Shown piece after piece: positions 61,798-64,000 of a stretch of 64,000 nucleotides of DNA. A model generated the notes under the pieces. The model saw only the letters and a program-made list of their open reading frames with translations. It was not told the origin of the DNA and did no database searches. This DNA is from Malacoraja senta (Eukaryota): assembly GCA_038087875.1 (NCBI GenBank), contig CM075978.1, positions 175,150,001 through 175,214,000 of the forward strand. The letters are read 5' to 3'. Position 1 is the first letter of the stretch. Every line of letters starts with the position of its first letter. A program made the position numbers and the translations under genes.

Positions 61798-64000
61798 CAT
61801 TTTAATTAAAAATCACTATTATTATTTAGTATATTCATATTTAACCATACATGTAACTACTAATACTTATTAAATATCAATATTACTACTAAAATTACTG
61901 ACATCTATATTATTCATAAATATTTTTACCGTGTATGATTAATAACAATGATTAATAACTAACAGTTTCTGGTTAACGTAGAAATAGATTACATACATAT
62001 ATTCCATAGGAATATAAGTAAGAGGTAATTTAGCCCATGTATTAATAAGGTTTGATGGTTTTCTTCTTTATTTTTCAATTCAAAATTAAAAATACATACT
62101 TAAAGAAGATATTAATACGGTATTTAGAGAATAATAACGTTGTTAACTTTTACTGTTGTTTACCTTTTTTTTTTTTTTTTTAAACTCCCAAAGAAGTTAT
62201 TTGATTGTCAGAAATATTATCTTTTTTTTATATTTTTAAAGCACGGAGCTAGGATTTTTTTCTTTTACAAAGGCTACGGAAGTCTTTAGAATTCTAGCCA
62301 CGCTAGTGTGGCTATCACTAACTACACTAATTGTAGTTGTAGGTTTTTTTCTTTCACCCTATACTAATCAACTATATCACTTTTTTCACTTTAATTATTG
62401 TTATAATTTTAAGTTTGAATGGAACTACAAGGTTAATTCAAGGAGATGTGTTCGGAGGAGCGATGTATGGCATTTAAAATGCATCTATCTGAGGTTCAGG
62501 GACAAGGTCAGGTTTTATGTGTTGTACCTTCTGCTCGGCTATAGACCACCCTAGAAACAATATGCAAGATGGTAATATGACAAGAGGGGGTGAAGGAATA
62601 ACTTTTTGTAGTTGGAATGTTAAGGGAATCAATGAACCAATTAAGAGAGGTAAAGTTTTAGCACATTTAAATTCACTCAAGACAGATATAATATTCCTCC
62701 AAGAAACACACCTTAAAAAGGAATCACAATATAGACTTAAAGCTAAGTGGATTGCTGAATCGTACCATGCCTCTTTTTCACACAAGTCCAGAGGAGTTGC
62801 AATATTAATTCATAAAGGAATATCTTTTACACATTCATCAAGAATAGCGGATATAGATGGTAGATATATTATATTAGTTGGAGAGTTAAATGGGGAAAAA
62901 GTGATTCTTCTTAATATATATGGACCTAATTTTGATAATCCTATGTTTTTTAATAAAACATTTAATATAATCCCAGAATTTACACAATATAAATTAATAA
63001 TTGGAGGAGATTTCAATTGTACATTAGACTCTTATTTAGATAGATCATCAAGGCAAAAAAAAGTAAAATCTCTATCAAATGTATTTTTAAATTCATTTAT
63101 TAATACCACTAATATTAAGGATGTCTGGAGAATTGAAAACCCAACTGGACGGGAATACTCATTTTACTCACCGGTACATAAAACATACTCAAGAATAGAT
63201 TATTTTTTAGTTGACTCCACGTTTATCCCATTTACTTATAACTCAAAATACCATAATATTATAATCTTAGACCACGCACCTGTAACATTTATGATTAAAT
63301 TAAATGGAATGTCCGAGAAACAAACATATTGGAGATTTAACCCACAAATATTGAATGAAATATCATGCCAGGAATATCTTATTAAACAGATTCAAACATT
63401 TTTCGAGGCAAATGACAAACCTGACACATCTGTTTCTCTTATTTGGGAAACACTTAAAGCTTTTGTCCGAGGCGCATTAATTTCTGCCCAAGTATTTTAT
63501 AACAAAGAGAACCGGATTAAACAACAAACATTGGAAAGGGAAATAAAGCAACTAGATATAGAAAATGCGAGAATGCCATCTATGTTAAAATATAATAAAA
63601 TTGCTGTACTGAAATATAAACTAAACAAAATGTATTCGGAACAAGAAATAAAACTTTATCAGCACACTAAACAACTACATTTTGAGTTCGGAGACAAACC
63701 ACAAAAATTATTGGCACGTCAGCTACGAAAAATGGAGGGGGAAAAAATAATTCATAAAATTAGAACAGATACAGGAGAATTATTAAAATTGCCCAAGGAT
63801 ATAAACGAGAGATTTCTCCAATACTATCACAATCTTTACTCAACTAAAACTGTAGTACAACCAGAAGGAATAGCAGATTTTTTACAAAAATGTAATTTAA
63901 AAGGTTTAGATTCAAAAGATAGAGAATTATTAGAAGCGGAGATTACGATAAAAGATATTGAAGAGTCTATTGGATCTTTAAAAAAATTGTAAAGCAGTAG
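61798..64000 (+). mobile_element. L1/Tx1-clade LINE: AT-rich spacer plus ORF2 N-terminus (APE endonuclease), runs off the window
   Basis: ITFCSWNVKG, FLQETHL, GGDFN, YSRIDYF, DHAP motifs in ORF 62517-63992 (likely Met at about 62562); the stop follows a 7-A run. Confidence 0.93.

Overview
Eukaryotic, repeat-dense DNA with two N gaps. The repeat families (CR1 LINEs, tRNA-headed SINEs, Penelope, L1, Rex1/Babar-like LINEs) suggest a cartilaginous fish, probably a skate or ray; this is an inference. The unique sequence encodes two divergent paralogous Ig-superfamily receptor genes arranged tail-to-tail. I assembled them by hand from splice sites, and most of their small exons are missing from the ORF track. 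Gene A (+, 14228-32775) has a leader, one V exon that includes the J-like G strand, a C1 exon, a transmembrane (TM) exon with an NKp30-like R-A-G motif, and two cytoplasmic exons ending in YADL and TxYxxV motifs. As assembled, a 7-T run in the TM exon shifts the frame, so this tail is cut off. Gene B (-, 53453-44046) has the same leader/V/C1/R-A-G TM layout with a short tyrosine-free tail (277 aa). Together they look like a paired activating and inhibitory/bifunctional V-C1 receptor locus with an antigen-receptor-like domain plan but no RSS. Other structure: an old direct segmental duplication about 57 kb apart, a recent tandem duplication upstream of gene B, a long foldback, a perfect 38-bp palindrome, hammerhead-like Penelope units, nested LINEs, a Helitron-type end and a hAT transposase remnant. 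No rRNA, tRNA gene or CRISPR array was found.
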